Virus record (IMG/VR): IMGVR_UViG_3300008952_001422
Coordinates: 32,001-96,000 of that record
Length of the DNA: 64,000 bases
Strand: one strand, 5' to 3'
Source: a virus
The position numbers and the translations under genes are program-made. The notes under the pieces were generated by a model. The model saw only the letters and a list, made by a program, of their open reading frames with translations. It was not told the origin of the DNA and searched no databases. Below are positions 18,975 to 29,422 of the stretch, one piece after another; position 1 is the stretch's first letter, and every line of letters starts with the position of its first letter.

Positions 18975-19823
18975 ATGAAAAAGATATTCACTTTTATAAA
19001 AGAACTATTACTTATAAGATTATTGATTAAACTTATAACAAATCCTATATTATTAGTATGTATAGTTCTTGCCGTTGCTGTAAGTAAAGACCAAGTAGTT
19101 AAATGGTATGATGATTACATGATACTATACGAAGAAGCAAACAATAAAGTCGAAGAAGAAGAAAATAGTCAAGGATTAATTTTTACGAAGATAGATGACA
19201 AGTTATATACATTAATGGGCACAGTAGAAGAAGGTGATTGTGAAAAGATTGCACCGGATATGCCTCCAGCATTTACTGTAATTTTAGAAAGTCCAGGTGG
19301 TAACTTAAAAGATGGTTCTTGTTTAGCGGCTCACATAAAACTTCGTGACGTAGTTACAGTAGTCAGAGATAGCATAGTTTTGAATGAACTAGGCGAAGTC
19401 ATTTATAAACCAGGCTCAAATCTTGACATTGATGAAAACACACCAGATTATATGAGAGGAAAATCAATATGTGCCTCAGCATGTGGTCTAATGTTCTTAG
19501 CAGGAGATAAACGATACTTGATGGGTGAAGTTTATTTCGGAATACATGGTCCAGGTACTCCTCCTGGTAGTATGAATGGGGCAAGTCCAGCGGCTATTGA
19601 AAGTAGTGCATTTAGAACTGCATCATCATTGATGAAACTACTTAAGTCTTTAGGAGTCGATGATGAAGATTTACGACTATTGTTCATTCAAATTCCAAAC
19701 GCAACAATGTATTGGCTACATCCTCGAGATTTTGAAGTAAGACCAGCATTGATTACTATTGCAACAGATTACAGAGATTTCTTTGGAACTACAGGTAGTG
19801 ATTTAGAAGGCGGACTTCGCTAA
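18975..19823 (+). CDS. membrane-anchored ClpP/crotonase-fold protein
   Basis: LESPGG, CASACGLMFLAG..R and GIH motifs. Confidence 0.65.
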   Translation: MKKIFTFIKELLLIRLLIKLITNPILLVCIVLAVAVSKDQVVKWYDDYMILYEEANNKVEEEENSQGLIFTKIDDKLYTLMGTVEEGDCEKIAPDMPPAFTVILESPGGNLKDGSCLAAHIKLRDVVTVVRDSIVLNELGEVIYKPGSNLDIDENTPDYMRGKSICASACGLMFLAGDKRYLMGEVYFGIHGPGTPPGSMNGASPAAIESSAFRTASSLMKLLKSLGVDDEDLRLLFIQIPNATMYWLHPRDFEVRPALITIATDYRDFFGTTGSDLEGGLR

Positions 19824-19910
19824 AAGTAATCTAAATTAAACTCTAATTTAACTAAATAGATGTACGAAAGGTTAAATTCGTATAGATTAATTAGTAATTA
19901 GAGGTGACAT

Positions 19911-20957
19911 ATGTTAAAATCATTTTTTCTAAGTAGGGAATACTTCGTATATGCATGGCTAATGCTGGCATTTCTCTTAAGCATGATTTGGTACAATGTA
20001 GAAATATTAGTATTCTACAACTTCTGGAACAAAGAAATCTATGATGTAATTCAATCACTACAAGAAGAAAGATTCTGGGAATTATTCCTGGGGTGGGATG
20101 TTGGTAGATTTTTGAATTTTGTGACCTTAACCGAGGGGACACAACCCTCATTCGTTGAAATCTTAGTCCTATACATTCCAATAGCAGTTTATTCCACTTG
20201 GCAGACACAAAGATACTGTTTTATGTGGCGACAAGCAAATACCAAACACTATATGACACGTTGGGAAGGTTCAACAGCAAAGATTGAAGGTGGCTCACAG
20301 CGTATACAAGAAGACTTAATGATATTTGGTAAGACGCTCCAAGGATTATTTACTGGATTCTTTAGTGCGATACTTATCTTATTTGCATTCCTTCCTATTT
20401 TATGGAATCTATCAGAGAGTTTACCTGTTTGGAATGGTATGATTATTCCTGGATTCTTAGTATGGATTGCATTATCTGTATCAATTGGTGGTACTTTAAT
20501 ATCTCTTTTACTTGGTTGGAAACTACCCGGTCTTGAATATAGAAATCAGGTAGTAGAAGCCAAAATGAGAAGGCAACTAGTTTTCTCTGAAGATAATTTT
20601 AAGGACAGAGCCACTGAAGTTCTATTTCCTATGTTCTATTCTGTACGTAGAAACTACTATAGACTGTTTAACTGGTATATGGGATTTGGTATATGGCAAA
20701 CAGCATTTGGATTATGTGTAGGTAACTTAGCACTAGTTGTTTTAGCACCTGCATACTTTGACCAACTCATCACACTTGGAGTCTTATTCCAAGTTCTAAA
20801 CGCATTCGGACGAGTAGAAAGTTCAATGGGTTACTTTATAGACCGTTGGACAACGATTGTTGATTTCTTATCAGTCATTAGACGTTTGAGAGAATTCAAC
20901 AAAGCACTTGATGACGCCGAAGATGTTACTTTTGATGACTCTGGCAAAAAAGTCTAG
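19911..20957 (+). CDS. sbmA: SbmA/BacA-family peptide transporter
   Basis: Polytopic; WRQANT.HY...W...IEGGSQRIQED, KLPGLEYRNQVVEA..R..LV..ED, V..NYYRL and WTTIV...S..RRLREF match SbmA/BacA. Confidence 0.85.
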   Translation: MLKSFFLSREYFVYAWLMLAFLLSMIWYNVEILVFYNFWNKEIYDVIQSLQEERFWELFLGWDVGRFLNFVTLTEGTQPSFVEILVLYIPIAVYSTWQTQRYCFMWRQANTKHYMTRWEGSTAKIEGGSQRIQEDLMIFGKTLQGLFTGFFSAILILFAFLPILWNLSESLPVWNGMIIPGFLVWIALSVSIGGTLISLLLGWKLPGLEYRNQVVEAKMRRQLVFSEDNFKDRATEVLFPMFYSVRRNYYRLFNWYMGFGIWQTAFGLCVGNLALVVLAPAYFDQLITLGVLFQVLNAFGRVESSMGYFIDRWTTIVDFLSVIRRLREFNKALDDAEDVTFDDSGKKV

Positions 20958-21220
20958 TGAAAGACCAAGTTAAATTGGTAACAAATTATATATTACCTTT
21001 CATTTTCGGTGCAGGACTTATGTGGATTATTCAACAAAATCATATAAATGATTTACATCAAGAAATGGAATTTCAAAAATATAAACATGCTCAACAAGAG
21101 ATGTATCAAAAAATCAATCAGATAGAAGAAGACCTATATCGTAGACTTGCTGATGTTAATAGAAAACTAGGCAAGTTGGAAGTACGCAGTCGAATGATTA
21201 CTGGTGATGGTCATGACTGA
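20957..21220 (+). CDS. small membrane-anchored coiled-coil protein
   Basis: GTG start coupled to the sbmA stop; TM plus coiled coil. Confidence 0.5.
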   Translation: MKDQVKLVTNYILPFIFGAGLMWIIQQNHINDLHQEMEFQKYKHAQQEMYQKINQIEEDLYRRLADVNRKLGKLEVRSRMITGDGHD

Positions 21221-21373
21221 AATCCTGCCGTCTTAGATAGTAAGATGGAAGAATACAAAATGATAGTTGATAACTGGTTACGATAAGATAAACTACTAAT
21301 AAAACTTAACTACACACTATATATAGTACGGTTTTCTCTTAAATAATACTAGAGATAGAGGTTTTTAGGAGGT

Positions 21374-21604
21374 ATGGGTATGAAATTCTTATACGTTGAT
21401 GTTGATAATCGTAAGGTTGTTGGCTTATTTAGAAATAGCAATGAAGAAATTATAAAACTCAATATGAAAGAGTTACAGATATTAGTTCAGAAAGAACAAT
21501 ATGTGCTTAATTCTAGTATATTATCAGAGTTAAAAGAGGCTCTTAAGGCTATGGGACAGTATCGAAAAGCAAATCGTCCTTGGTACGAAAGGCTTTTCTG
21601 GTAA
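21374..21604 (+). CDS. hypothetical protein
   Basis: 76 aa ORF followed by a terminator. Confidence 0.5.
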   Translation: MGMKFLYVDVDNRKVVGLFRNSNEEIIKLNMKELQILVQKEQYVLNSSILSELKEALKAMGQYRKANRPWYERLFW

Positions 21605-21623
21605 TAAAATCAATTTACTGTCT

Positions 21624-21651
21624 AATCCCGGCTCATGCTGGGATTTTTTTT
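21624..21651 (+). terminator. intrinsic terminator
   Basis: aatcccggc-tcat-gctgggatt followed by a T run. Confidence 0.8.
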
Positions 21652-21670
21652 GCTTCCCATCCATGAAAAT

Positions 21671-21678
21671 GATAAATA
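21671..21678 (+). promoter_or_regulatory. late promoter variant GATAAATA
   Basis: Between the terminator and the giant ORF. Confidence 0.6.
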
Positions 21679-21711
21679 CAATAAAGTATAATTTAATGTT
21701 AGAGATATTGT

Positions 21712-24700
21712 ATGGATTTATCAGAACTACTAGAAGATAGCAATAAAGACTTGGTTATTATATATCCAGGACGTTTTCACCCATTCCATATAGGACATGG
21801 TAAAGTATATCAATACTTAAAGATAAACTATCCGAACGCCCAGGTGTTTATTTCAACTTCAGACAATACTGATGGAGATAGGTCACCTTTTACTTTTGAA
21901 GAAAAGAAAAAGATGATGATACTGGCTGGTGTTGATTCTGGTGCTATTGTTCAGTGCAAATCTCCATATCAGTCCGTAGAGATTACGGAAAGATTTGATG
22001 AAAACAAGACAGTTGTTGTCTTTGCTGTATCTGAAAAAGATATGGAAGAAGAACCAAGATTTGATTTTTCAAAGGGCATTAGTTTTAAGAAAAACGGTGA
22101 ACCAGCGTATCTACAACAATGGAGGGGTTTAGATTCTTCTGAAACTTTTAGCAAACATGGTTACTTAGCAACAACACCTACATATGGATTTAAAGTACGA
22201 GGTGTAGAAATAAACAGTGCATCGCAAATTCGAAATATGATTGCGACAAGTGATGACACAGAACTTAATCAAATTTTACAAGATTTATATAATATTACTG
22301 ATGTTCCACAGGATATAATAGAGATATTTAAGAGAAAGATTGGAAACAAGGAAACAATGAATGAAAACTGGAGTGAATGTTCACTTTCCGAGTTTTTAAT
22401 TGAAATCGAACACGAGGAAAAGAAAATGAAAAAGGGCATACTAAAAACAATAACTGAAGGAAAGGTTTTAGATGTTGTTTTAAAACCAATAACCGAAGGA
22501 AAGAAAGACTTACACGAAGTTGTTTTAGATGTAGATTATTCTAGAAATCCTGATGCATTAGTTAAAGCAATTAACACTATGGGTAAAAGACTTAATCTTA
22601 CACTTATGAATGCACCTTCTGGAGTAGAAGATTTAAAGACAAAAGGCGAAGCAAGATTACAAGGCGGTGTAAAAGATATAACTGCATTTGTAGAGTATTT
22701 GTATAAAAAAGGTATAATGCCATATTATAATATAGTAAAAGAGGGTAAAAGCCCACATAAAAAGGGAACCAAAAAGTATAATGCCCACATGGCAGCCATA
22801 CATGCCGAGTCTAATGAAAGTGAATTCACTAGAAAAGTCCAAGAAATAACAGAAAAAAAGATTAGTATTTTTGAAAGTCTTGCGGCAGACATAAAAGATT
22901 ATGTTGATGACCACAAAAAACACTTTGATGCCTATCCACAAGATGTAGAAATAGAAGATAAAATTTATGACTGGGATGAATACTGGGCAATATTAGATAA
23001 AGTTTATCCAGATGATTACGGCAATCAATATGCACAAGAAGGTGTTATGGGAACTATAGGACAAGGAATAGATGATTTGGCGGTAGGTGCTGGCAAGTTA
23101 GCCTGGAAAGGTGCCAAGAAAGCGGCTCCACACGTTAAAGCAGGAGCCAAGAAAGGTGCTAGTGCAGTTGGAAAAGGACTCAAAAAATTGAGTAAAATAG
23201 GAAGCAAAAATGTATCATCTAAATTTGATGGCACAGGTCATGTTAGTTCTACTTTCAGATATAATGAAGATTCTTCCGACTCTGTATTTTCTATTAGAAA
23301 ATTTAAAAATGCTAAAGACCCATCTAAAGATGGACTAGAAATTACTAAAACTGGTGGCATGGGTGGCACAGTTATTATAAAAAATCAAAGAGAACTAAAA
23401 GATTTATTAGTGGCACTTAAAAGCAATGTTGATAATCTTAAAGAAAATTATGCAAATGAACAACATGAACAACTAGAATATATTCATCACGTGTTACAAG
23501 AATGTGGTGCTGGAAATGTAGACAACGCAATGGTTGACCAAGCAATAGAATTTGTTGAAGATATTAGAGAACAACATTTTAATGCTGACGGTTCTACAAA
23601 ATCAGAGAGTATCAAAGAAGGTCTAGATAACGATGACACACGTAATATTGCTATTCGTTGTGTTGATGAAATGGTGTCTCAAGGACTTATTCCTAATGAT
23701 ATGGACACAGACAATCAAACTGAATTTGAAATTCAAGACATTATTCATGACCATATAAACAAAGCATTACAAGTACGAGAATCTCAAGGTTACACAGATA
23801 CAGGTAACATCGCAGGCTACTTAGATACGATTGATGAGTATGTAGAAATGTTATTTAAAAGTTCTAAAGATAAAAAAGAAACTGAAATAGCATACAGAAT
23901 TCAAAATGCTGTTGACGATATTAGAACTAGAGAACTTGGATTAAAGCCAAGTTTAATCAGAGCAAAGTACAACAAAGAAATAAAAGAAGAAATTGATTAT
24001 GATAATCTTAATTCTGATGACATTCATGGTACAAATATAAAGGATTATCCTGAATATTTTGATGTTAAAGAAGTTGATGATGACCTTAATGTTTGTGACA
24101 GATGTGGCGATATTCAACGTTGGTATGATGAGATGTATTGGAAAGGTGAAGAAGATATGGAAACAAATGAAATCCTTGGCGATGACAATGAGGCTGTTTG
24201 TGACCGATGTTTTGGTGAACTTGCAAGAGAACATCATGGTAGAAATAAAAAAGCCAGTGAGTCATATGAACCTAAAATGGGTTGGGAAAAGCCATCGGGA
24301 GATGTACCAAAAGACCATGAGTATGGACCTGGAAGTGAAGATAGACCTAAGGGTAAACGAGGTTATACGTCATCAAGAAATGCTAGAACATCACACTTAA
24401 AATCAATTAAAAAGTGGGCAAATAAAAAACGTAGACAAATGGATAAAGATGCTAAAGATGGAGTAACAGATATGGGAAAAATGACTTCTGATGAAAGAGC
24501 AAAGAGGTCATGGGCCATGATAGCAAGTAAAGACTATGATAATAAATCAATTATTAAAGACGGAGTAAATCAAGACCAAAGTCCAGAATCAATAGAACAG
24601 ATGCAAGAAATCTATAAGTATAATGAAGATAGAAATCATCATTCAGGAAATATACTTATGTTAGCACATGCATTTGGCACTAGACCTGAGATTAAAGCAA

Positions 24701-25434
24701 TTGAAGGACTTATGAAGATAATCAAAAGACAAGGACATGTAACTCCAGAACAAAACGATTTAATGTATAACGCAATACATAAGAAATACTATCAGGAATT
24801 ATTCCCACAAGCCCAAGAAGGTAATGAATTCTCAGGTGAATTAGCAAAAGCAAAAATTGATGGTAAGAAGTCATTTAAGGTTGATGGTAAAACTTATAAA
24901 GTTAAAGAAGCACTAACAAAACTTATAGACAATCAGAAATTTGTTGAAGCAGGCATTGTAAACTATTCTGATGCAAAGGGTAAACCTAAGTATAAGGAAG
25001 GTCAAAAGGCTGCCAAAAACGGTGAGCCATATGACAGCAATCCATATGATGGTGCTGAAAAACTTCATTGGTCAAAAGGTCACAATGACTGGAGACAAGA
25101 AAATCGCAGAAAACAAGGTAAACCAAATTATGGTGCGAGAGGACAATTCGAAGACATAGAATCTGACATTGATGAAGATGGTGTTTCAGCAGAAGACCTT
25201 GTAGATATTATTACACATCGTATTAAGATGAATAAAGAATTGATGTTGTCGTTATTAGGTGATGAAGGTCCAGGTCCATTAATGAGAGCAATTGAAGATG
25301 TAGCAGAGTTTCATAGTGGCACAACTGAAGTGGGTTCAAGTGATGTATCAATAATGGTTAAGGAAGTTATTAAATCAATGTTTCCGCTTGATTATCGTAA
25401 ATTTGATTCTGCGCCATATGGTAAGGATTCCTAA
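21712..25434 (+). CDS. giant mosaic protein: N-terminal HIGH-class nucleotidyltransferase plus many short modules
   Basis: IIYPGRFHPFHIGH (HxGH) and NSASQIR motifs in the first ~210 aa; the rest is a chain of unrelated modules, including a CDRC..CDRC Zn ribbon. Confidence 0.75.
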   Translation: MDLSELLEDSNKDLVIIYPGRFHPFHIGHGKVYQYLKINYPNAQVFISTSDNTDGDRSPFTFEEKKKMMILAGVDSGAIVQCKSPYQSVEITERFDENKTVVVFAVSEKDMEEEPRFDFSKGISFKKNGEPAYLQQWRGLDSSETFSKHGYLATTPTYGFKVRGVEINSASQIRNMIATSDDTELNQILQDLYNITDVPQDIIEIFKRKIGNKETMNENWSECSLSEFLIEIEHEEKKMKKGILKTITEGKVLDVVLKPITEGKKDLHEVVLDVDYSRNPDALVKAINTMGKRLNLTLMNAPSGVEDLKTKGEARLQGGVKDITAFVEYLYKKGIMPYYNIVKEGKSPHKKGTKKYNAHMAAIHAESNESEFTRKVQEITEKKISIFESLAADIKDYVDDHKKHFDAYPQDVEIEDKIYDWDEYWAILDKVYPDDYGNQYAQEGVMGTIGQGIDDLAVGAGKLAWKGAKKAAPHVKAGAKKGASAVGKGLKKLSKIGSKNVSSKFDGTGHVSSTFRYNEDSSDSVFSIRKFKNAKDPSKDGLEITKTGGMGGTVIIKNQRELKDLLVALKSNVDNLKENYANEQHEQLEYIHHVLQECGAGNVDNAMVDQAIEFVEDIREQHFNADGSTKSESIKEGLDNDDTRNIAIRCVDEMVSQGLIPNDMDTDNQTEFEIQDIIHDHINKALQVRESQGYTDTGNIAGYLDTIDEYVEMLFKSSKDKKETEIAYRIQNAVDDIRTRELGLKPSLIRAKYNKEIKEEIDYDNLNSDDIHGTNIKDYPEYFDVKEVDDDLNVCDRCGDIQRWYDEMYWKGEEDMETNEILGDDNEAVCDRCFGELAREHHGRNKKASESYEPKMGWEKPSGDVPKDHEYGPGSEDRPKGKRGYTSSRNARTSHLKSIKKWANKKRRQMDKDAKDGVTDMGKMTSDERAKRSWAMIASKDYDNKSIIKDGVNQDQSPESIEQMQEIYKYNEDRNHHSGNILMLAHAFGTRPEIKAIEGLMKIIKRQGHVTPEQNDLMYNAIHKKYYQELFPQAQEGNEFSGELAKAKIDGKKSFKVDGKTYKVKEALTKLIDNQKFVEAGIVNYSDAKGKPKYKEGQKAAKNGEPYDSNPYDGAEKLHWSKGHNDWRQENRRKQGKPNYGARGQFEDIESDIDEDGVSAEDLVDIITHRIKMNKELMLSLLGDEGPGPLMRAIEDVAEFHSGTTEVGSSDVSIMVKEVIKSMFPLDYRKFDSAPYGKDS

Positions 25435-25437
25435 ATT

Positions 25438-25779
25438 ATGGCAAACGGAGTAGATTTAACACAACATGGTAAAGTAAACATGGACATCAAAAGTCTTGTA
25501 GGCATTGCTATAATGATAATGTCAATAGCGGCAGTTTACTTTTCATTGCAGGGCAAAATATCACAACTACAACTAGATGTTATTCGAATGCAAGATACTT
25601 CGGAATTGAATACAGAATTCCGTATTAAGTGGCCCAGAGGGGAACTTGGTGCATTACCAGATGATGCTGTACAAGACATAAACATTGAATATCTTAAAGA
25701 AGAAATAGAAGAGGTTAAGGAAGTTCTTGAAGAATTAGAAGAAGAACTAGAAGAACACATAAGAGCCCAGGGACAGTAA
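25438..25779 (+). CDS. TM plus coiled-coil hypothetical protein
   Basis: One TM helix and an acidic coiled-coil tail. Confidence 0.55.
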   Translation: MANGVDLTQHGKVNMDIKSLVGIAIMIMSIAAVYFSLQGKISQLQLDVIRMQDTSELNTEFRIKWPRGELGALPDDAVQDINIEYLKEEIEEVKEVLEELEEELEEHIRAQGQ

Positions 25780-25780
25780 T

Positions 25781-26041
25781 ATGAAAGACCAAATAATAAT
25801 GTTATTGATAGGAATTCTAATCGCCTTAGGTGGTTGGAATCTTACGCAAACATTTAGTCTATCAACTACTCAAGCAGTGTTAGATGATAAAGTTGATAAG
25901 TTAGAAAGAGGTGTTGAAAAACTTCAAGACCAAATGGACGACATGATGGACAAAGATGAAGAAATCATGGAACAGCATGAAGATTTGTTTGAACAAATTA
26001 GAAACAATAATGACAGCGGCTCAAGGACTTATAATTACTAA
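25781..26041 (+). CDS. TM plus coiled-coil hypothetical protein
   Basis: N-terminal hydrophobic helix and heptad repeats. Confidence 0.55.
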   Translation: MKDQIIMLLIGILIALGGWNLTQTFSLSTTQAVLDDKVDKLERGVEKLQDQMDDMMDKDEEIMEQHEDLFEQIRNNNDSGSRTYNY

Positions 26042-26907
26042 TGAATTTATTTGAATTGACACAATATAAGAGTGCATCTGAGAAAGTGCTAATAGAGGGC
26101 GGTGCAATGCCTGGCGTTGGTGCTATTCATACTGATGAAATTAGACCAACACTTGCTCCATTAGAAAAAGAATTAGGAATCGATTTAATGAACAACACAT
26201 TAGGTAGTGTTGGCAAAAGAGAATTCAGTGGCGATATTGATGTTGCATTACAAATTGACACAGATAAGATACCAGAGTTTGTAGAAAGACTTAAAAAGAG
26301 CAATCAAATTCTTGATATTGCAAAGTCAAGTGTAATTATGACAAAGGTTAAAATTGTTGACTTTGATAAGAGTAAAGAAGATGGTAGACCAAGAACTGGT
26401 TATGTACAGGTAGACTTTATGCCTGGTGACCCAGATTGGTTAAAGACATACTATCATTCACCGAATGAAAAAGATAGTCAGTATAAAGGAGTTTATCGTA
26501 ATATAATGATTGCCTCTATTGCTGGAAACATAAATATCGAAGATAGTGAAGAAAAGATTGATGATGGCAGACCATTACAATCGAAAAGATTTATGTGGAG
26601 TCCAAGAGATGGACTAGTAAGAGTTTTACGTAGACCTGTTCCTAAGAAAAGTGGACAAGGGTATACAAAGAAAAATAACAATAAAATTATTGCTGGACCA
26701 TGGAAGACAGCAGATGAAATTGCTAAGAATCTCGGTCTAGATAATGGTGACGATTTAGATAGTTACGAAACATTAGTTAAAGTAATTAAAAAGAATTTAT
26801 CTAATGAAGACCAGAAAGCAATATTTACTGCGTTTGCAGATAATTACACAATAAAGGGTTTAGGTCTCCCACCAGAACTTCAACAGTATGACCAAGGTGA
26901 ACTATAA
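26041..26907 (+). CDS. Pol-beta-superfamily nucleotidyltransferase
   Basis: LGSVGKREFSGDIDVAL (GS..DxD) and a third Asp in VQVDFM. Confidence 0.75.
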   Translation: MNLFELTQYKSASEKVLIEGGAMPGVGAIHTDEIRPTLAPLEKELGIDLMNNTLGSVGKREFSGDIDVALQIDTDKIPEFVERLKKSNQILDIAKSSVIMTKVKIVDFDKSKEDGRPRTGYVQVDFMPGDPDWLKTYYHSPNEKDSQYKGVYRNIMIASIAGNINIEDSEEKIDDGRPLQSKRFMWSPRDGLVRVLRRPVPKKSGQGYTKKNNNKIIAGPWKTADEIAKNLGLDNGDDLDSYETLVKVIKKNLSNEDQKAIFTAFADNYTIKGLGLPPELQQYDQGEL

Positions 26908-29411
26908 TGAAATTAGACGAATTAGACAAACAAATTACATCATCTGACCTAGAAGCGTTAGAAACATTTGCTGATAGAATATTTGGCAAAGTAGGTATTG
27001 ATGTTGAATTCACTCGTCATTTCTTAGACAGAGTTAATGATACACGTAATAGAAAACAAATTACAGCAAGTGAATTAACTCGTTTATTCAAACAAGAATA
27101 CAAACGTTGGGGTCAACCTATTGCCCAAATGGGACCTGATGCTGAAGCAGTAATGAAAGATTTATCAACTGATATCAATATGCCATTTGCATTAGTATGG
27201 GATAAAGAAAATGAAGAACTTGATTTAATAGTAAAGACTGTAATGCGTAAACCAGATTTCAAAACATCTAACAGAGAGTTCCCAGTAGAAAGTGAATATT
27301 TTATTAAAGGAAAAGATACTTTGATTCCGTATGTATCAATGGATTGGGGATTGTGGAAAGCATCTCAAAGAGGAAGAATCAGTTTTGATGAAAGACTTTC
27401 AGAGTATATTGATAATGCTGGTGGTCAAGGAAGTGAAGGTCATATGAAAATGTGGTCAAGATTTAAAAAGAATCATGGTATAAAGAGTATGACTACTGAT
27501 GAAAAAGAAGAAACTTTTTTATATCAAAAAATGAAAAGTATGAAAAAATGGGAATATCCTAAACTTGAAGAAGAAGATGCTGGTCTTTATTATGATAATG
27601 TTAAAAAGAAAGATTACAGTAAGTATAAGGGAGAACAAATTTACGAATTAAGACAACAACTAAAAAGTATTAGACAAACACTTCTTAATTTACAAGATGT
27701 CGACCCTAAGGATGGCAGTTCAGATATGCAAAACGACATTAAAGGTATGCTTAGAGGATATGATGAATTAACAACTGCTATGGGTTCAGCAGAAGATAAA
27801 CTTTTAGGTGAAGGTATAGCAGAAGATGATTTAAGTGAGTTGGGCAGAGGATTATTCAGTATGGGTGGTCGTTCTGGCTCAAGATATACTCCAACTCAAA
27901 GTTCAACACATAGAACCATATCTCTTCCATTACGAGGTGAGCCAAAACTTCGACCAGCACACTCAAATAATATGTTTAGAAGATTATTGAAACTTAATAA
28001 AGATAATGAAACAGACAAAGAAACAGTAAATGAAGACCCAGATTATACTTTGATGGCTCAAAAAGCCACAATGAATTTAAGTGACCAAGCGATTGTTGCC
28101 TTAATTGCAGATTTGTATAAACAATTAGATAGGCAAGTAAATGAAGAAACAACACAATGTACTGCTTGTGATGGTACAGGTTGGGATAGAAGTGTAACTT
28201 CTGACGAAGATGATAGAGGTTGTGACGAATGTGGTGGCACTGGCGAGATTGAAGTTTTAGAAGAACATAATGTTCAGGTTAAAGGTAGTGACCCGTGGCC
28301 AAAAGCGAAGCCAGGAAGAACAGACCATCCGTTTATAGGTAAGTTAGTTGGCTCAAAATATAACGAAGATAGTCTTGCTGATACTAGACAAAAAAGAATA
28401 GCAATAGATACAGTTAGAAATCCTAGTAAAGCATTGTTAGGTGGTCCTTCAGCCAGTGAAGCAGAAGATATTTTAAAAACTAAATTTGGATATTCAGATA
28501 AAGATATTGCTAATCTTAAATCTACAGATAGTGGATTACAGAAGTTTGATACCACAAACGAAGCAACACAAAAACCATACGTATCAATGTATAGAGATAA
28601 AGATAACAGAAACAAAATGGTTTATGATGTGTTAGATAAGTACGGCAACTCAGCATTTAAATCTTACGATAAAGATGAAGCACAGAAATATCTCAAAGAC
28701 AACTATGAATCATTGAGAGAAGAATCTCAAATATGGAAATTCAACAAAGAAGACCCAAATAATCCTGAAGTGTTAATTCAAGGATTTGGAAGACTTATGC
28801 TTAATCAAATAGAAGATAGTGTAATTGGTAAACTAGAAGACTTAGTTCAAAGAGCAAAGGGTAGGAGAGATTGGCAACAGATAAATGCTAATTTAGATAG
28901 TGAGATTATGCAAATTATGATTAAGGCAATTGTTGATACAAAGAAAGATTTAGAAAAAACACGTAAAAGAGGTGGTCCTAAGTCACGAGGTATTAACAAA
29001 GACATCAATTATGAAAGCAAAGAAAGAACTTCTATACTTGATGTGATTGGTGAAAACACAAAGGTAAAAGAATTCGAAAAAGACTTTTCTAAATTAAATG
29101 AATTCACTCTTGTAGATGTCAAAGACATGATTAAAAAAGGTTGGATGTCTAGGCCAACTGAGAAACAATGGAAAGAACTTATAAAGATATACAACAAGTA
29201 CAAAGGAAATGTAACTAGAAAAGATTTAATAGATGTTGGTATTGCAACTCTAGGTCGTAAAGAGTCAGTTAAAGAAACTGGTGGTGTAGGCAAAGTAGTA
29301 CCAGGAGTAAACACAAGTGTTGATGTTGGACCAAATGAAATTAAGAAACAAGCGGCCAAGTTTGGCAATGATGTTGACAAAGACGGAGTTCCAAAGAAAA
29401 ATTTACGATAA
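26907..29411 (+). CDS. giant mosaic protein (putative internal head polyprotein)
   Basis: MKLDEL leader; N-terminal HFLDR...KTVMRK domain; CxxCxGxG Zn-finger pair; modules separated by hydrophobic-X-E. Confidence 0.7.
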   Translation: MKLDELDKQITSSDLEALETFADRIFGKVGIDVEFTRHFLDRVNDTRNRKQITASELTRLFKQEYKRWGQPIAQMGPDAEAVMKDLSTDINMPFALVWDKENEELDLIVKTVMRKPDFKTSNREFPVESEYFIKGKDTLIPYVSMDWGLWKASQRGRISFDERLSEYIDNAGGQGSEGHMKMWSRFKKNHGIKSMTTDEKEETFLYQKMKSMKKWEYPKLEEEDAGLYYDNVKKKDYSKYKGEQIYELRQQLKSIRQTLLNLQDVDPKDGSSDMQNDIKGMLRGYDELTTAMGSAEDKLLGEGIAEDDLSELGRGLFSMGGRSGSRYTPTQSSTHRTISLPLRGEPKLRPAHSNNMFRRLLKLNKDNETDKETVNEDPDYTLMAQKATMNLSDQAIVALIADLYKQLDRQVNEETTQCTACDGTGWDRSVTSDEDDRGCDECGGTGEIEVLEEHNVQVKGSDPWPKAKPGRTDHPFIGKLVGSKYNEDSLADTRQKRIAIDTVRNPSKALLGGPSASEAEDILKTKFGYSDKDIANLKSTDSGLQKFDTTNEATQKPYVSMYRDKDNRNKMVYDVLDKYGNSAFKSYDKDEAQKYLKDNYESLREESQIWKFNKEDPNNPEVLIQGFGRLMLNQIEDSVIGKLEDLVQRAKGRRDWQQINANLDSEIMQIMIKAIVDTKKDLEKTRKRGGPKSRGINKDINYESKERTSILDVIGENTKVKEFEKDFSKLNEFTLVDVKDMIKKGWMSRPTEKQWKELIKIYNKYKGNVTRKDLIDVGIATLGRKESVKETGGVGKVVPGVNTSVDVGPNEIKKQAAKFGNDVDKDGVPKKNLR

Positions 29412-29422
29412 AAGGCATTCAA

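Noticed and set aside
21224-21290. Hairpin ccgtctta-gatag-taagatgg and a 13-codon ORF after the sbmA block
   Set aside because: Too short and unsupported to call an ncRNA or peptide gene; no tRNA-like fold recognised here or in other gaps.
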